IMG/VR virus record: IMGVR_UViG_3300020440_000050
Location: 1-30,988 of that record
Source: a virus
Taxonomy: Duplodnaviria > Caudoviricetes
Direction: 5' to 3' (one strand)
DNA: 30,988 nucleotides
The first letter of the stretch is position 1, and every line of letters starts with the position of its first letter. Below are positions 10,106-19,042 of this stretch, one piece after another. A program made the translations under genes and the position numbers. The notes under the pieces are model-generated. The model saw only the letters and a program-made list of their open reading frames with translations, was not told where the DNA came from and searched no databases.

Positions 10106-10735
10106 TTATATCTTAGGCATACCACCACCAGCATATACCCATGAAGGTGTAGCTGATTGACCCACTGTACCTACAGATGGCATGGTAGCACTAGTAGCAG
10201 CCATAGGATTTGCGGAACTACTAAATGGACTTTTACCTGTCATCATTGTTTCTGTTGCATAAGCATTAGCAGCAGTGCTAAGTGCGTGTGCTAGAACACT
10301 AGGTTTATAACCACGTGGAAGTGAGTTAATCCTGTTCAACATCTCTGTGTTATAGCCCTGCTTTTCGTCTTCTAATTGGTCTAGTACCATACGTAAGTTA
10401 TCGTTTAGAACTGTAGCACCACGTAGTTCACGTGCAGTAACCATATCTTTTTGAGCTTCAAATGTTCTTCCTGATAGACCTGATTCACCAGCAGCTACCT
10501 TACGTGCTTCCCTAGTTTCTAGGGCTTGTATAGCTAAGTCAAACTTTTTACCTGCTGTTGCTTCTGCTTCCTGTACTGCTCTTTGATTTAGAGAGTTTAT
10601 CTTTAGGTCACGTGCAGCAGCAGAATTAATTCTATTCTGTTGGTAACGTGCCTCTGTTCTTTCGGCTTCACCTTCTGCTTGAAAGTAGCCAGCAACACCC
10701 TGACTTATAGTCAGTATGGTCAATGGGTCTACCAT
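10106..10735 (-). CDS. gp14: Internal virion protein gp14-like (209 aa)
   Basis: Size, synteny, Ala/Gln-rich helices, VAAGESGLSG motif. Confidence 0.8.
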   Translation of the reverse strand: MVDPLTILTISQGVAGYFQAEGEAERTEARYQQNRINSAAARDLKINSLNQRAVQEAEATAGKKFDLAIQALETREARKVAAGESGLSGRTFEAQKDMVTARELRGATVLNDNLRMVLDQLEDEKQGYNTEMLNRINSLPRGYKPSVLAHALSTAANAYATETMMTGKSPFSSSANPMAATSATMPSVGTVGQSATPSWVYAGGGMPKI

Positions 10736-11193
10736 TATCGTATCCTCACAAATTCTAGAAATGGTTTATTACCTACGCCCCATTTCTCATGTTTCTTGAT
10801 AAATGTGAAACCAACAAAACGTAGCCAGTTAATAGCTACAGTATAGTCTGCATCTACTGCATTAGTAAGTAGGGGGTATTTTTGATTAGCTTCTTCTACC
10901 CATTTACGTGAGCCACGTAGGAATGGTAGCCATACCTTTTTAATAGCAGGTGTAGTTAACAGCCACGGCACAGCCATAGTCTTATCATGTTCTGATAAAC
11001 CATAGATACCAGCTATCTCATCTGTATCTGTTACTATAATAGTCCAGCACTCTTCTGATTCATCAAAGCCTAACTGCAACGCTTCTCTTGTAGTACCATG
11101 TGAGGCAAGTACCTCTTCCCTATCTTCAGGACGCAAGTTATCACAAAGATATTCAACATCTTCTTGGGTACTCTGTCTCACATGGACTTTCAT
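10735..11193 (-). CDS. gp13: Internal virion protein A, gp13-like (GNAT-like fold) (152 aa)
   Basis: NLRPEDREEV...PWLLTT...LTNAVDADYTVAINWLRFVGF motifs, after tail tube B. Confidence 0.8.
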   Translation of the reverse strand: MKVHVRQSTQEDVEYLCDNLRPEDREEVLASHGTTREALQLGFDESEECWTIIVTDTDEIAGIYGLSEHDKTMAVPWLLTTPAIKKVWLPFLRGSRKWVEEANQKYPLLTNAVDADYTVAINWLRFVGFTFIKKHEKWGVGNKPFLEFVRIR

Positions 11194-13590
11194 TTACATT
11201 CTCCTAGAACGTAGAACATAGAAGCCTTCCCACTCTGCCGATTGGAAAACACAGGGCAGGTGACTACTGCTTTTTAGTACAATACTTACATTACTTGAAT
11301 TTGCCATTATGCCAAACTCATACGTACCAGAATCAATAGCTGCTCTATTAAGTATGTTTGCTGCACCACCTACAAGTCGTCCTGTAAATTTACGATTGTA
11401 TGTAGAGCGTCTAGATGGTGTTACATCTACCTCAAAGAAACCTGTGTCGTTATACACAACTGCATAGTTTCTTAGATTCAGAACACCTGTTGTTATTGGT
11501 TGGTTGTTTTGCTTTACTACTGGTTCAGAGAACTGGTACTTGAAAGTAAATGGTATACCATAATATACAACAACAGAGGGGTCATTACTACTTTGAACAA
11601 TCTGTGTAGCTGCTTCATGTTCAGTTACTTGTTTACCTGTCTTATCTATAAAAATAGTATTACTATCTGTATATGGTAAAGTTGTAAAAGATTTATTTCC
11701 ATTAGTTGGGTGGGCTACTATTGAACTGTTATTATAATCTAGCTTATACCTTCTATCTAAATGAACAGAGAACTGACCAGTAGTATAATTTGTTGCGTCA
11801 TCTACGGATAGATTGATACGCTCAAGGTACAAATTAGTACCCCTCTTAATAAGTATTGTTATGTCTGCACGGTTGAACGAACACCCAATGATGTCACCAT
11901 CAAACACCCAGCGAGACCACGATGACTGTAGTTTATCTCTACCAGCCCAATAGTATCTGTATACATACAGAGCCTGAGGGTCATTATCAGTCTGTACTAG
12001 TAGCATGTCTTCGTTAGACGATGCCTGTATGTTGATAACCTCACCGTTTAGGTACTCAGGTACGTGCGCTGTAATCTCTGTAGCATCGTTAGTATCTGTG
12101 TCACTATCTACAAAGTATTCCCACATGCCAGACCATACTCCACGTGCTGAAGCAAAGTACACAAACCTACCAGCCTGTGCTGGCTTGGCTCTAAGTGATG
12201 CCTCAAACTCTGTGGTATTAGCAATGTTGACTGTCTCAGGCGTAAGCACAGGGTCAGCCGTTAGCTTAAACTGTGTTAGGTCAGAGAACAACAGCAGTGA
12301 TTCGTTAAAGGGTACAGCGTGTTTAAGTATGCTAACCTTGTTTGACGATACTGCTACATCAATAGGGTCACTGTCAACGATGGTTAGGGTAGACTTACGA
12401 AAGAAGTCAAAGTTTACATACTCACCTGCACGTGCAAAGATTACATTCTCATCTGCTAGTACACCTAGTCTATCACGATGAAAGAAAATATCTGACAGAG
12501 TATATCCTATAAAAGATGGATAGTCGTTAGTACCATCATCACCAACAGTTCTATCTGCATAACTTACTTCACCAAATATAAAGCTACCGTCTGGTTGCTT
12601 AGACAGTTTGTGTGGCAAGGTAGAAGCATCTAAGTCTACTAGGATGTTAGGTTCGATAGTTTCTTTCCATACACCATCACCAGTAAACTTAACGTAGTAA
12701 TCGTCTTGTGCTTTCTGGTTATCACCTGACACTTTAATATTAAAGTCTACTGGCCCCTCTGAGGGTAGCTTTTTAAAGTCACCAGTCTCACCCTTGAACA
12801 ATAGCAGGTGGTCTCCACCGTGGGAATCACCAACCTCTACAGTAAAGTCTGTACTGTCAGTAGACCTAATCCACAATACAGAACCATACCTACTTATACT
12901 AATACCTGCTATAGCACCACTATTTGTTATGTTATCATAATAAGTAGTACTAACAGTACCAGAACTAAACTTGTTTAAGCTTGTAGCAATCAAGTCTGTT
13001 GATGCACCACGCTCTGCGTTTTGTGTTAAAGCTGTACTAGATTGTGTAGAAGATTTAGTAGCAAACTCAATAGTACCTGTACTACCACCCTTCGTAATTT
13101 TCAATCTATATGTAGAAGAGTAGTCAGCCTGTTTGACATAAACTAATGCTTCAGGGTTACGAACAGGAGATGTGTTAGTACCTTTGGCTACTACTTTAGT
13201 TTTATTTACAATGAAAGTTGTGTCAGCAATAGACACAGCAGCTAACTCTTTACTAGGGTTAGTTAGACCTGTTACGTAAGAGGCTGCGTTATTAGTTACT
13301 GTTTTTGATACACCATCTTTGTCAAACACCCTAATCGTACCAGCAGTATCTACCACCATAGAGTAAAACTCGTTCTCATCCCTACGAATAGTATGTATAA
13401 AAGCTTTGTCTATATTACTAATTACCCCTAAGTCAGCAACATGTTTAGAGCTAGGACGCTTAGACAAGCCTGTTACAACATTGGATAATCCGTTTTCTTG
13501 TAGCTCTGCCTGTGTGTTAAGACGTAGTGATGGTGGTTGTTGTGATACACCGTTAATCAGATTGGGGATAGATTGACTGATGAGTGCCAT
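11194..13590 (-). CDS. gp12: Tail tubular protein B (nozzle) (798 aa)
   Basis: ISQSIPNLINGVSQQP start, GLSKRP, PSFIG...IFFHRDRLG, DSDPIDV, QSSWSRW. Confidence 0.95.
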   Translation of the reverse strand: MALISQSIPNLINGVSQQPPSLRLNTQAELQENGLSNVVTGLSKRPSSKHVADLGVISNIDKAFIHTIRRDENEFYSMVVDTAGTIRVFDKDGVSKTVTNNAASYVTGLTNPSKELAAVSIADTTFIVNKTKVVAKGTNTSPVRNPEALVYVKQADYSSTYRLKITKGGSTGTIEFATKSSTQSSTALTQNAERGASTDLIATSLNKFSSGTVSTTYYDNITNSGAIAGISISRYGSVLWIRSTDSTDFTVEVGDSHGGDHLLLFKGETGDFKKLPSEGPVDFNIKVSGDNQKAQDDYYVKFTGDGVWKETIEPNILVDLDASTLPHKLSKQPDGSFIFGEVSYADRTVGDDGTNDYPSFIGYTLSDIFFHRDRLGVLADENVIFARAGEYVNFDFFRKSTLTIVDSDPIDVAVSSNKVSILKHAVPFNESLLLFSDLTQFKLTADPVLTPETVNIANTTEFEASLRAKPAQAGRFVYFASARGVWSGMWEYFVDSDTDTNDATEITAHVPEYLNGEVINIQASSNEDMLLVQTDNDPQALYVYRYYWAGRDKLQSSWSRWVFDGDIIGCSFNRADITILIKRGTNLYLERINLSVDDATNYTTGQFSVHLDRRYKLDYNNSSIVAHPTNGNKSFTTLPYTDSNTIFIDKTGKQVTEHEAATQIVQSSNDPSVVVYYGIPFTFKYQFSEPVVKQNNQPITTGVLNLRNYAVVYNDTGFFEVDVTPSRRSTYNRKFTGRLVGGAANILNRAAIDSGTYEFGIMANSSNVSIVLKSSSHLPCVFQSAEWEGFYVLRSRRM

Positions 13591-14174
13591 TATAGTGTCC
13601 TTCGTCCCTGTCTGTCGATGATGCTGAAGGTATCGTAGTTGTCAAAGATGTTATGGTCATCAGCAGCCTTGTCAAACTCTCTTAGTTCAGCAAGTGCTGT
13701 AGCCTCATCTCGCATCTGAAAATCATGTAGTGTGTTGGAGCCAACAATTCTATCCTGAAAGATACGTGTTGCTCTCATAACTACGTAGCGTTTAGCTACC
13801 TCAGGCAAATCATCAAAATTTAATTGTACGACAACATCTAGTGCTGCCTCTGCATTAATAGTAAAGGTATTATTAACCCTGTCATACATCTTTAGCCCAC
13901 GTTGTACAAGGTCTTTACTATCTACTTTCTGTGTTGCGTCTGCACGTAATACATCCGTACCAAGGATTATCTCACCGTTGGTATCTTGTGCATATGACTT
14001 ATTTAATTCTGTGTTAAAGTGCCAGCCCATAGACTGCACTTCACGGTCAACTGTATCTAATATGGTTTCTGCTACCTCTGCTTCTAGCAAGCCAGAAGAT
14101 AGGCTACTAACTGGTGCTTCGCCAATGGCAGAAAGCATAGTGTTGACTGCATCTAATTGTGTTGTTCCTGCCAT
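13590..14174 (-). CDS. gp11: Tail tubular protein A (adaptor) (194 aa)
   Basis: LDAVNTMLSAIGEAPV, VQSMGWHFNTE, FDDLPE motifs. Confidence 0.95.
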   Translation of the reverse strand: MAGTTQLDAVNTMLSAIGEAPVSSLSSGLLEAEVAETILDTVDREVQSMGWHFNTELNKSYAQDTNGEIILGTDVLRADATQKVDSKDLVQRGLKMYDRVNNTFTINAEAALDVVVQLNFDDLPEVAKRYVVMRATRIFQDRIVGSNTLHDFQMRDEATALAELREFDKAADDHNIFDNYDTFSIIDRQGRRTL

Positions 14175-14183
14175 GTTGTCACC

Positions 14184-14447
14184 TTAGTTGCCTTTCCATT
14201 TGGTCTTGTTAGCCCAATAAGCAGCACTCTGTTCACCACGTGAAATATTCTTTCTATGTCTACTTCTGAAAGCGTCACGTTGTTTTTTGTTTTTGTTTGT
14301 CTCTACACCGTCTTGACCAAACCTAATTAGCTTTGGCTTTTCTTTGGTGCCAATAAGAACAGCATGTGACTTACCGCTTTTATGACCAGAAGTTCTGATA
14401 GGAACACGCAACGCACTAAATGTATGTCCACCACGCTGTATACTCAT
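14184..14447 (-). CDS. Small basic conserved phage protein (87 aa)
   Basis: KLIRFGQ...FRSRH...SAAYWANKTKW pattern seen in many phage hypotheticals, strongly basic. Confidence 0.75.
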   Translation of the reverse strand: MSIQRGGHTFSALRVPIRTSGHKSGKSHAVLIGTKEKPKLIRFGQDGVETNKNKKQRDAFRSRHRKNISRGEQSAAYWANKTKWKGN

Positions 14448-14448
14448 A

Positions 14449-14571
14449 TCACTTCTTCTTATATTTATCTGTTTTAGATTTCATCGGCATACCAGTTTTC
14501 TCAGCAGCTTTTTTAGCTTGAGCCATACCTTTTTTAGTGTACGCATATTTTTTACCCGCTACGTTTGGCAT
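14449..14571 (-). CDS. Small Lys-rich protein (40 aa)
   Basis: Below the ORF-track cutoff: MPNVAGKKYAYTKKGMAQAKKAAEKTGMPMKSKTDKYKKK. SD GGAG, fills the gap after the capsid terminator. Confidence 0.75.
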   Translation of the reverse strand: MPNVAGKKYAYTKKGMAQAKKAAEKTGMPMKSKTDKYKKK

Positions 14572-14585
14572 ATTTTTCTCCAAAT

Positions 14586-14620
14586 AAAAAGGAGAGAGGC
14601 TCTAGAAACCTCTCCCCTCT
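14586..14620 (-). terminator. Intrinsic terminator after the major capsid gene (T-phi equivalent)
   Basis: Minus strand GGGGAGAGG-TTTCTAGAG-CCTCTCTCC followed by TTTTT, just after the capsid stop. Confidence 0.85.
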
Positions 14621-14625
14621 GTTAA

Positions 14626-15741
14626 TTAGGCTTCAGACAAACCAATGCAAGATGCTGGACGCAGGACGTTATGCCCCATTGCGTACTTAGCAACCATCAG
14701 TGTGCCTTGACGATTAATCTGGTACTCAGATTCCATGCCCAAGTCAAGAAGCTTGACAGTAGCAACTGCGTCAGGAGTGAACACAAAGCCCTTGAACTTA
14801 GAAGCTTCAGCCACCATGTCACGTCCATCTACAGCAGCAGTTGGCAGGTCATAGTGAGTTGTGCGGCCTGAACCAGCAGTGTTAGCCAGTGGTGCATTGT
14901 CAGAAGTCTTACCTTCGTTAGCATCGCCTGTGGTGAAGTTCACATACAGGTTAGATACGTTAGCGTGGTTTGACATAATGATAGGCATACCAGCGATAGA
15001 CGCTACAGTTGCGTTAGCTACTGAGCCGTTACCACCGAAGTCACGGTTCATGTAGACAAGCTTGTTGCCATCGGTTACATCCATCAGCGCATAGTACTGG
15101 TCAGGAGCAAGAACAACAGTCGCACCTTCGGTTGGTACGTTCTTTACTTCCATCTCTTTACGTGCGTCAAAGATAGCCTTGGCAATCTTAGCGGGGTCTA
15201 GTGCATCAGCAGCAGCCGCACCAATAGTTACGTTATTGGTAAAGTCTTCTTCAGTGAAGGCTTTGTAGTCTTGTACAAGACCAGCAGCAGCAGTTGCGTT
15301 AGTTGACAGAGCAGCTTTAACAAGCATACGTGCTACGTTCTTGTCTGCCTCATTAGCCAATGCGATACCAGCTTCTTTAGAGTAGATGCTACGTACATCG
15401 TAGTGGTTGATAGCTTCGTCAATGTTTGCAATGAACTGAGAACTAATCAGCAAGTCATCAATCGTGACAATACGCTCACCTGCACGAATAGAGCCACCAG
15501 TAATCTCGTTGCCGGGGGTCAGATATTCAGCAGTTGCACGTCCTGTCATTGGGAATGATGCAGACTTACCTTTGGAAATTGTGCGAGTACGCACCTTATC
15601 CATAATTACTTTCTTTTCCTCAAAGGCGGTAAGGACTTCCCCAGCATACAGCTTTAGGAATAGGTCACGTACGTCACCTGAGAGGTTATTTTGGCCTTGG
15701 AAGCTTACGCTATAGGCCGGATTTGAAGCAGCTTGTGCCAT
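14626..15741 (-). CDS. gp10: Major capsid protein (371 aa)
   Basis: LFLKLYAGEVLTAF, RTISKGKSASFP, ITIDD-like motif, YDVRSIYSKEAG, AKYAMGHNVLRP. SD TAAGAGG. Confidence 0.97.
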   Translation of the reverse strand: MAQAASNPAYSVSFQGQNNLSGDVRDLFLKLYAGEVLTAFEEKKVIMDKVRTRTISKGKSASFPMTGRATAEYLTPGNEITGGSIRAGERIVTIDDLLISSQFIANIDEAINHYDVRSIYSKEAGIALANEADKNVARMLVKAALSTNATAAAGLVQDYKAFTEEDFTNNVTIGAAAADALDPAKIAKAIFDARKEMEVKNVPTEGATVVLAPDQYYALMDVTDGNKLVYMNRDFGGNGSVANATVASIAGMPIIMSNHANVSNLYVNFTTGDANEGKTSDNAPLANTAGSGRTTHYDLPTAAVDGRDMVAEASKFKGFVFTPDAVATVKLLDLGMESEYQINRQGTLMVAKYAMGHNVLRPASCIGLSEA

Positions 15742-15758
15742 TTTAAATTACCTCTTAG

Positions 15759-15906
15759 TAATGTTAATGTTGAGTTGTAGTTACACTCTGCATTACATTA
15801 CATCCTTTCTCCAAGATTGTCCCTCGCAAGGGGTCAGGGGTAATCGTTTGTATGTGTGCTTTCGTGTATAGGGCGTCCCCTATTAAATACACCCACGTTA
15901 GGTGTA
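15759..15906 (-). other. Structured capsid leader (four predicted hairpins)
   Basis: Inverted repeats at 15759-15800, 15821-15832, 15868-15883 and 15888-15906. Confidence 0.5.
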
Positions 15907-15909
15907 CTT

Positions 15910-15940
15910 AAAAGGAGAGGGGAGCAAGCCCCCCAATCCC
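15910..15940 (-). terminator. Terminator-like hairpin after the scaffold gene
   Basis: Minus strand GGGATTGGGGGG-CTTG-CTCCCCTCTCC-TTTT: G(CUUG)C tetraloop stem plus a short U tract. Confidence 0.55.
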
Positions 15941-15950
15941 ATGCAACAAT

Positions 15951-16703
15951 TTAGAACAGACTAGACTTAGCCAACTTATCAGCTACGCTTTGCCTGTAGG
16001 CGGGGTCTTTAGCGTATCTAGGGTCACTCATAGCAGCAGTAAGTTCCGCAGTGCTTTCAAACTTCCCACCTGAGGATACAGTACCAGTGCCACCTTGCAT
16101 TAGTGTCGGCTCTGCCTCAGAACGATAACGTGCATGTAGACCTTGGACAGCAAACTTAATTAAGTCTGTGTTTCCACTTTCCATAGTTGCATTGTAGGCT
16201 TCTACCTCACTCTCAGGTAGACTATCAGCAGCCCACTGTACCATCTGAGCGTATGCTTCTCCACCGCCAGCATATTCATGCACCTCTGCTGTCACCTGTG
16301 CAGTGATAGCATTTTGTCCTTCAATCCACGAATCTACCATAGCTTCAGAAAAGCCAGCCTCTGCCAAGGCTTCATACGCTTCTTCTGTTAGTCCACCTAG
16401 TTCCTGATACTCTTGTTGAAAAGCATCAAAGTCTAGGCCTCTATCATCTAGTAAATGTGCTACATCTTCAGCACTTTCGTCACCAGAAACTTCTATTTCT
16501 TCAGTAGTCTCTTCCTGCTCTGGCTTACCTAGCTTACCCTCTAATTGTGAGTAGGCTTTAGCCATTTCTTCAGCAGATTTAAATTTCTCAGGCAACCAGT
16601 CAGGACGTTCTTCTGTTTCTGTTCGCTCTTTGTTGAGCATTTCTTGAACATGTTCCTGTGATTCTGGTGCTTCTTCTTGATAAGTATTTAAGGCATCTGC
16701 CAT
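15951..16703 (-). CDS. gp9: Capsid assembly scaffolding protein (250 aa)
   Basis: RPDWLPEKFKSAEEMAKAYSQLEGKLG, AGGGEAY...WA, AMSDPRYAKDPAYR. Acidic, between portal and capsid. Confidence 0.95.
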   Translation of the reverse strand: MADALNTYQEEAPESQEHVQEMLNKERTETEERPDWLPEKFKSAEEMAKAYSQLEGKLGKPEQEETTEEIEVSGDESAEDVAHLLDDRGLDFDAFQQEYQELGGLTEEAYEALAEAGFSEAMVDSWIEGQNAITAQVTAEVHEYAGGGEAYAQMVQWAADSLPESEVEAYNATMESGNTDLIKFAVQGLHARYRSEAEPTLMQGGTGTVSSGGKFESTAELTAAMSDPRYAKDPAYRQSVADKLAKSSLF

Positions 16704-16706
16704 CTG

Positions 16707-18257
16707 TTACTCCGATTCTACTACGCCTTTAGCTACTTGTGGTGCTGCTGCTTGCATTGCACCCATAGCTGCTTGCTGTTCCATCTGTTGTTGCATCATC
16801 ATTTGTTGTTGCATCATCTCTTGTTGTTTCTGCTCTGGCGATTTAATTAGGCCAGATGTATCAATACCAAGTGATGCAGCCAAACGGTCTATGTAGTCAC
16901 CTAGATTCATTTCATTAGCAATAACTTCTTGACCCAAAGGCTGTAAGTATTGCAGAAATGCTGCTAGTTTATTCAAGTCTTGTCCACGTCCTAGTGCTTC
17001 GATGCCTGTAACGACAGTAGGCTTGATACTATCCTTAGGCATACGAGGCATCTTGCCTTGCTTTGTTAGTGATTCTAGTAGCAAGTTAATTAGTGGTAAT
17101 TGAAACTCCTGAGACAAGATTGAGTATACACCACCCAACGCAGTCTCAAGTTCCTGTGCCATGTAACGAACTTCTTCAGCAGTCACACGCTCTGCTGCTC
17201 TCTGGATAGAAGAGTTTAGCAGGAACGCAGCAGCTAGTCGCTCGTTAATCATACGCATAGTCTCTAGGGCTACACGGAAATCACCTGACTTCTGCACTTG
17301 CAGTGTTGATACATCGTTAGCATCGCCTGTCAGGAACGCACCATTAGCTGCTTTAGCTAGGTTTGCTGACTTAGTGCTACCGTTTGGACGTACCAAGAAT
17401 AGTACTTTAGAAGATGCAGCACTACCCTGTACAATGGCTTGTGTCAAAGCTTCCAAGCTACGCAAGTCACCAATGTATTCTTCAATAAAACCACGTCCAT
17501 AGTCTTCGCCATCAATACGAATAAAACGTAATGGAATGAATGGGTTCTGGTCTTCTTTGAATGTACCACGTGAGTTAGGTACTTCGATACCAGCCACCTC
17601 TTGGTGTACCATGAAGCCTTTTGTACCACGTGTTACACATGTGTAAAGGTCATAGTTCTTTACTGGTGAGCCTTTTTTGTGTGCGTCTTCTGCTGGCAGT
17701 AGGGCTTGCATCTCCTCTGGCAGCATCATAACTGCTACACTTTCTTTGGTAATAATCTCTAGGATATTACCCATAGCATCACGCTTAGTACAGTAATGGT
17801 CAGGTCTATACACCTTCATACCACCCTGTTTGGGCATGTACACCAAGGCATTACCTGTTACAATAAGTAACTTGAGTGCCTCAAATACTGGTACACGGAT
17901 AGACTTGCTTTCTATTTCCTGCATAGCTGCACGTTCAATACGTGCTAATCCTTCTTCTACCTGACCACGATTATCACCTGCAATCTGCTGTAGGTCAAAG
18001 TCGTCAATGGTCAAACGAAAGAAAGGGCTGTTAGGTGGCAAGAGTGCCATCAACAATTTGGATGCAAGGTTATTTACACCCCTTGCCCCAATGCCTTGAT
18101 ACGGTGTAGCATATACAGATGAACTGCTATGCCCTTCCTCTGGCAAAAGAGTAGGGATAGTTAGCCTCGCTGATTCACGTCCACGTTCTAGGAACGTATC
18201 ACGCTCACTTGCTAGTTGATTGTAGCGTTTAGCTACTGTTCCTACTTCTTGTTCCAT
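16707..18257 (-). CDS. gp8: Head-to-tail connector (portal) (516 aa)
   Basis: YQGIGARGVNNLASKLLMALLPP, GEDYGRG, ERVTAEEVR...LGGVYS. Confidence 0.97.
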   Translation of the reverse strand: MEQEVGTVAKRYNQLASERDTFLERGRESARLTIPTLLPEEGHSSSSVYATPYQGIGARGVNNLASKLLMALLPPNSPFFRLTIDDFDLQQIAGDNRGQVEEGLARIERAAMQEIESKSIRVPVFEALKLLIVTGNALVYMPKQGGMKVYRPDHYCTKRDAMGNILEIITKESVAVMMLPEEMQALLPAEDAHKKGSPVKNYDLYTCVTRGTKGFMVHQEVAGIEVPNSRGTFKEDQNPFIPLRFIRIDGEDYGRGFIEEYIGDLRSLEALTQAIVQGSAASSKVLFLVRPNGSTKSANLAKAANGAFLTGDANDVSTLQVQKSGDFRVALETMRMINERLAAAFLLNSSIQRAAERVTAEEVRYMAQELETALGGVYSILSQEFQLPLINLLLESLTKQGKMPRMPKDSIKPTVVTGIEALGRGQDLNKLAAFLQYLQPLGQEVIANEMNLGDYIDRLAASLGIDTSGLIKSPEQKQQEMMQQQMMMQQQMEQQAAMGAMQAAAPQVAKGVVESE

Positions 18258-18267
18258 TAGTTATTCC

Positions 18268-18591
18268 TTACGAAGTTGGAATGTTTAGGCCACTTGCGCC
18301 TGAACCACCGACATTAGCGGCAGCAGAGTTAGAAGTTACCTTGAGAGCCTTCTTACCCTTCTTTTTTTTCTGCATCTGAGTGCCAGTAGTTTCTACTTCT
18401 GTATCATCAAACTGCTCTGTATCTTTTGCAGCAGCAGTAGCTGAAGTATCAACAGCAGCAGCAGTCCTTGCTGGTGCAGCCTTATATTTCTTTGGTGCTA
18501 TAGGTTTTGTTACTGCTTTTGTAATTTTCTTTAGTGGTTTTTTTACTGCTCTAACAATTTTTCTAATTGGTTTTGGTGCTGACCCGCCCAT
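18268..18591 (-). CDS. gp7.3-like virion/tail assembly protein (107 aa)
   Basis: Lys-rich N-terminus and GKKALKV...GASGLNI C-terminus as in T7 gp7.3, immediately before the portal. Confidence 0.7.
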   Translation of the reverse strand: MGGSAPKPIRKIVRAVKKPLKKITKAVTKPIAPKKYKAAPARTAAAVDTSATAAAKDTEQFDDTEVETTGTQMQKKKKGKKALKVTSNSAAANVGGSGASGLNIPTS

Positions 18592-18824
18592 TAGTTACCT
18601 CCAGTTGGTATTTGTAGTCCTGATGCAGAGCTACCTGTTTGTACTGTTGTATCTGTCAGTTGTGTTTTCAAAGCTTTCTTACCTTTTTTCTTTTTGGTAA
18701 GTTGTTCTGATTCCAACTCTGTATCCTCTAGTTCAATGTCAGGTGACTTCTGAACTGCTGTTACAGGACGAGCAGGGGTAGGCATAACTGGTGGGGGTTT
18801 TGGCCCACGAAATATAGATCCCAT
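18591..18824 (-). CDS. gp6.7/7.3-like small virion protein (77 aa)
   Basis: Pro-rich N-terminus, acidic middle, KKKKGKKALK...ASGLQIP, synteny. Confidence 0.65.
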   Translation of the reverse strand: MGSIFRGPKPPPVMPTPARPVTAVQKSPDIELEDTELESEQLTKKKKGKKALKTQLTDTTVQTGSSASGLQIPTGGN

Positions 18825-18827
18825 AAT

Positions 18828-19007
18828 CTATTCCTCAAAATCTGTGTGTTGTAACTCTATCAACTTGTCGATGACTGATTGTTGCCCCTGAAGAAAGCTT
18901 AGTTCCTCAGGGGTAACGTGTCCAAGCGGCAGTTTGTTAGGATACAACTCTTTAAGGTGGTTAAGTAGTCCATCTGTGATGTTAAAATTGTTGCCTAATA
19001 CTCTCAT
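18828..19007 (-). CDS. Small conserved protein at the gp6.5 position (59 aa)
   Basis: LKELYPNKLP...FLQGQQSVIDKL. ATG at 19007 preferred over TTG at 19016. First gene after the promoter at 19020-19042. Confidence 0.7.
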   Translation of the reverse strand: MRVLGNNFNITDGLLNHLKELYPNKLPLGHVTPEELSFLQGQQSVIDKLIELQHTDFEE

Positions 19008-19019
19008 AATAAACAAACT

Positions 19020-19042
19020 TTCGCTAATGTTGTAACTTTAGA
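19020..19042 (-). promoter_or_regulatory. Putative phage RNAP late promoter (phi6.5-like)
   Basis: Minus strand TCTAAAGTTACAACATTAGCGAA with the 14-bp core identical to the other copies. Overlaps the RNR stop at the start of the structural module. Confidence 0.8.

Noticed and set aside
14572-14640. T7-like 10A/10B capsid frameshift extension
   Set aside because: No evident slippery site or long extension frame, and the stop is followed directly by the terminator.
16740-16835. Gln/Met-rich tract at the portal C-terminus
   Set aside because: Ordinary low-complexity helical tail of podovirus portals.
18848-18861. Partial promoter match GATAGAGTTACAAC
   Set aside because: Only 11/14 of the core, inside a coding region, and not distinguishable from chance without a PWM. 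The same applies to AGTTACAA at 27429-27436.
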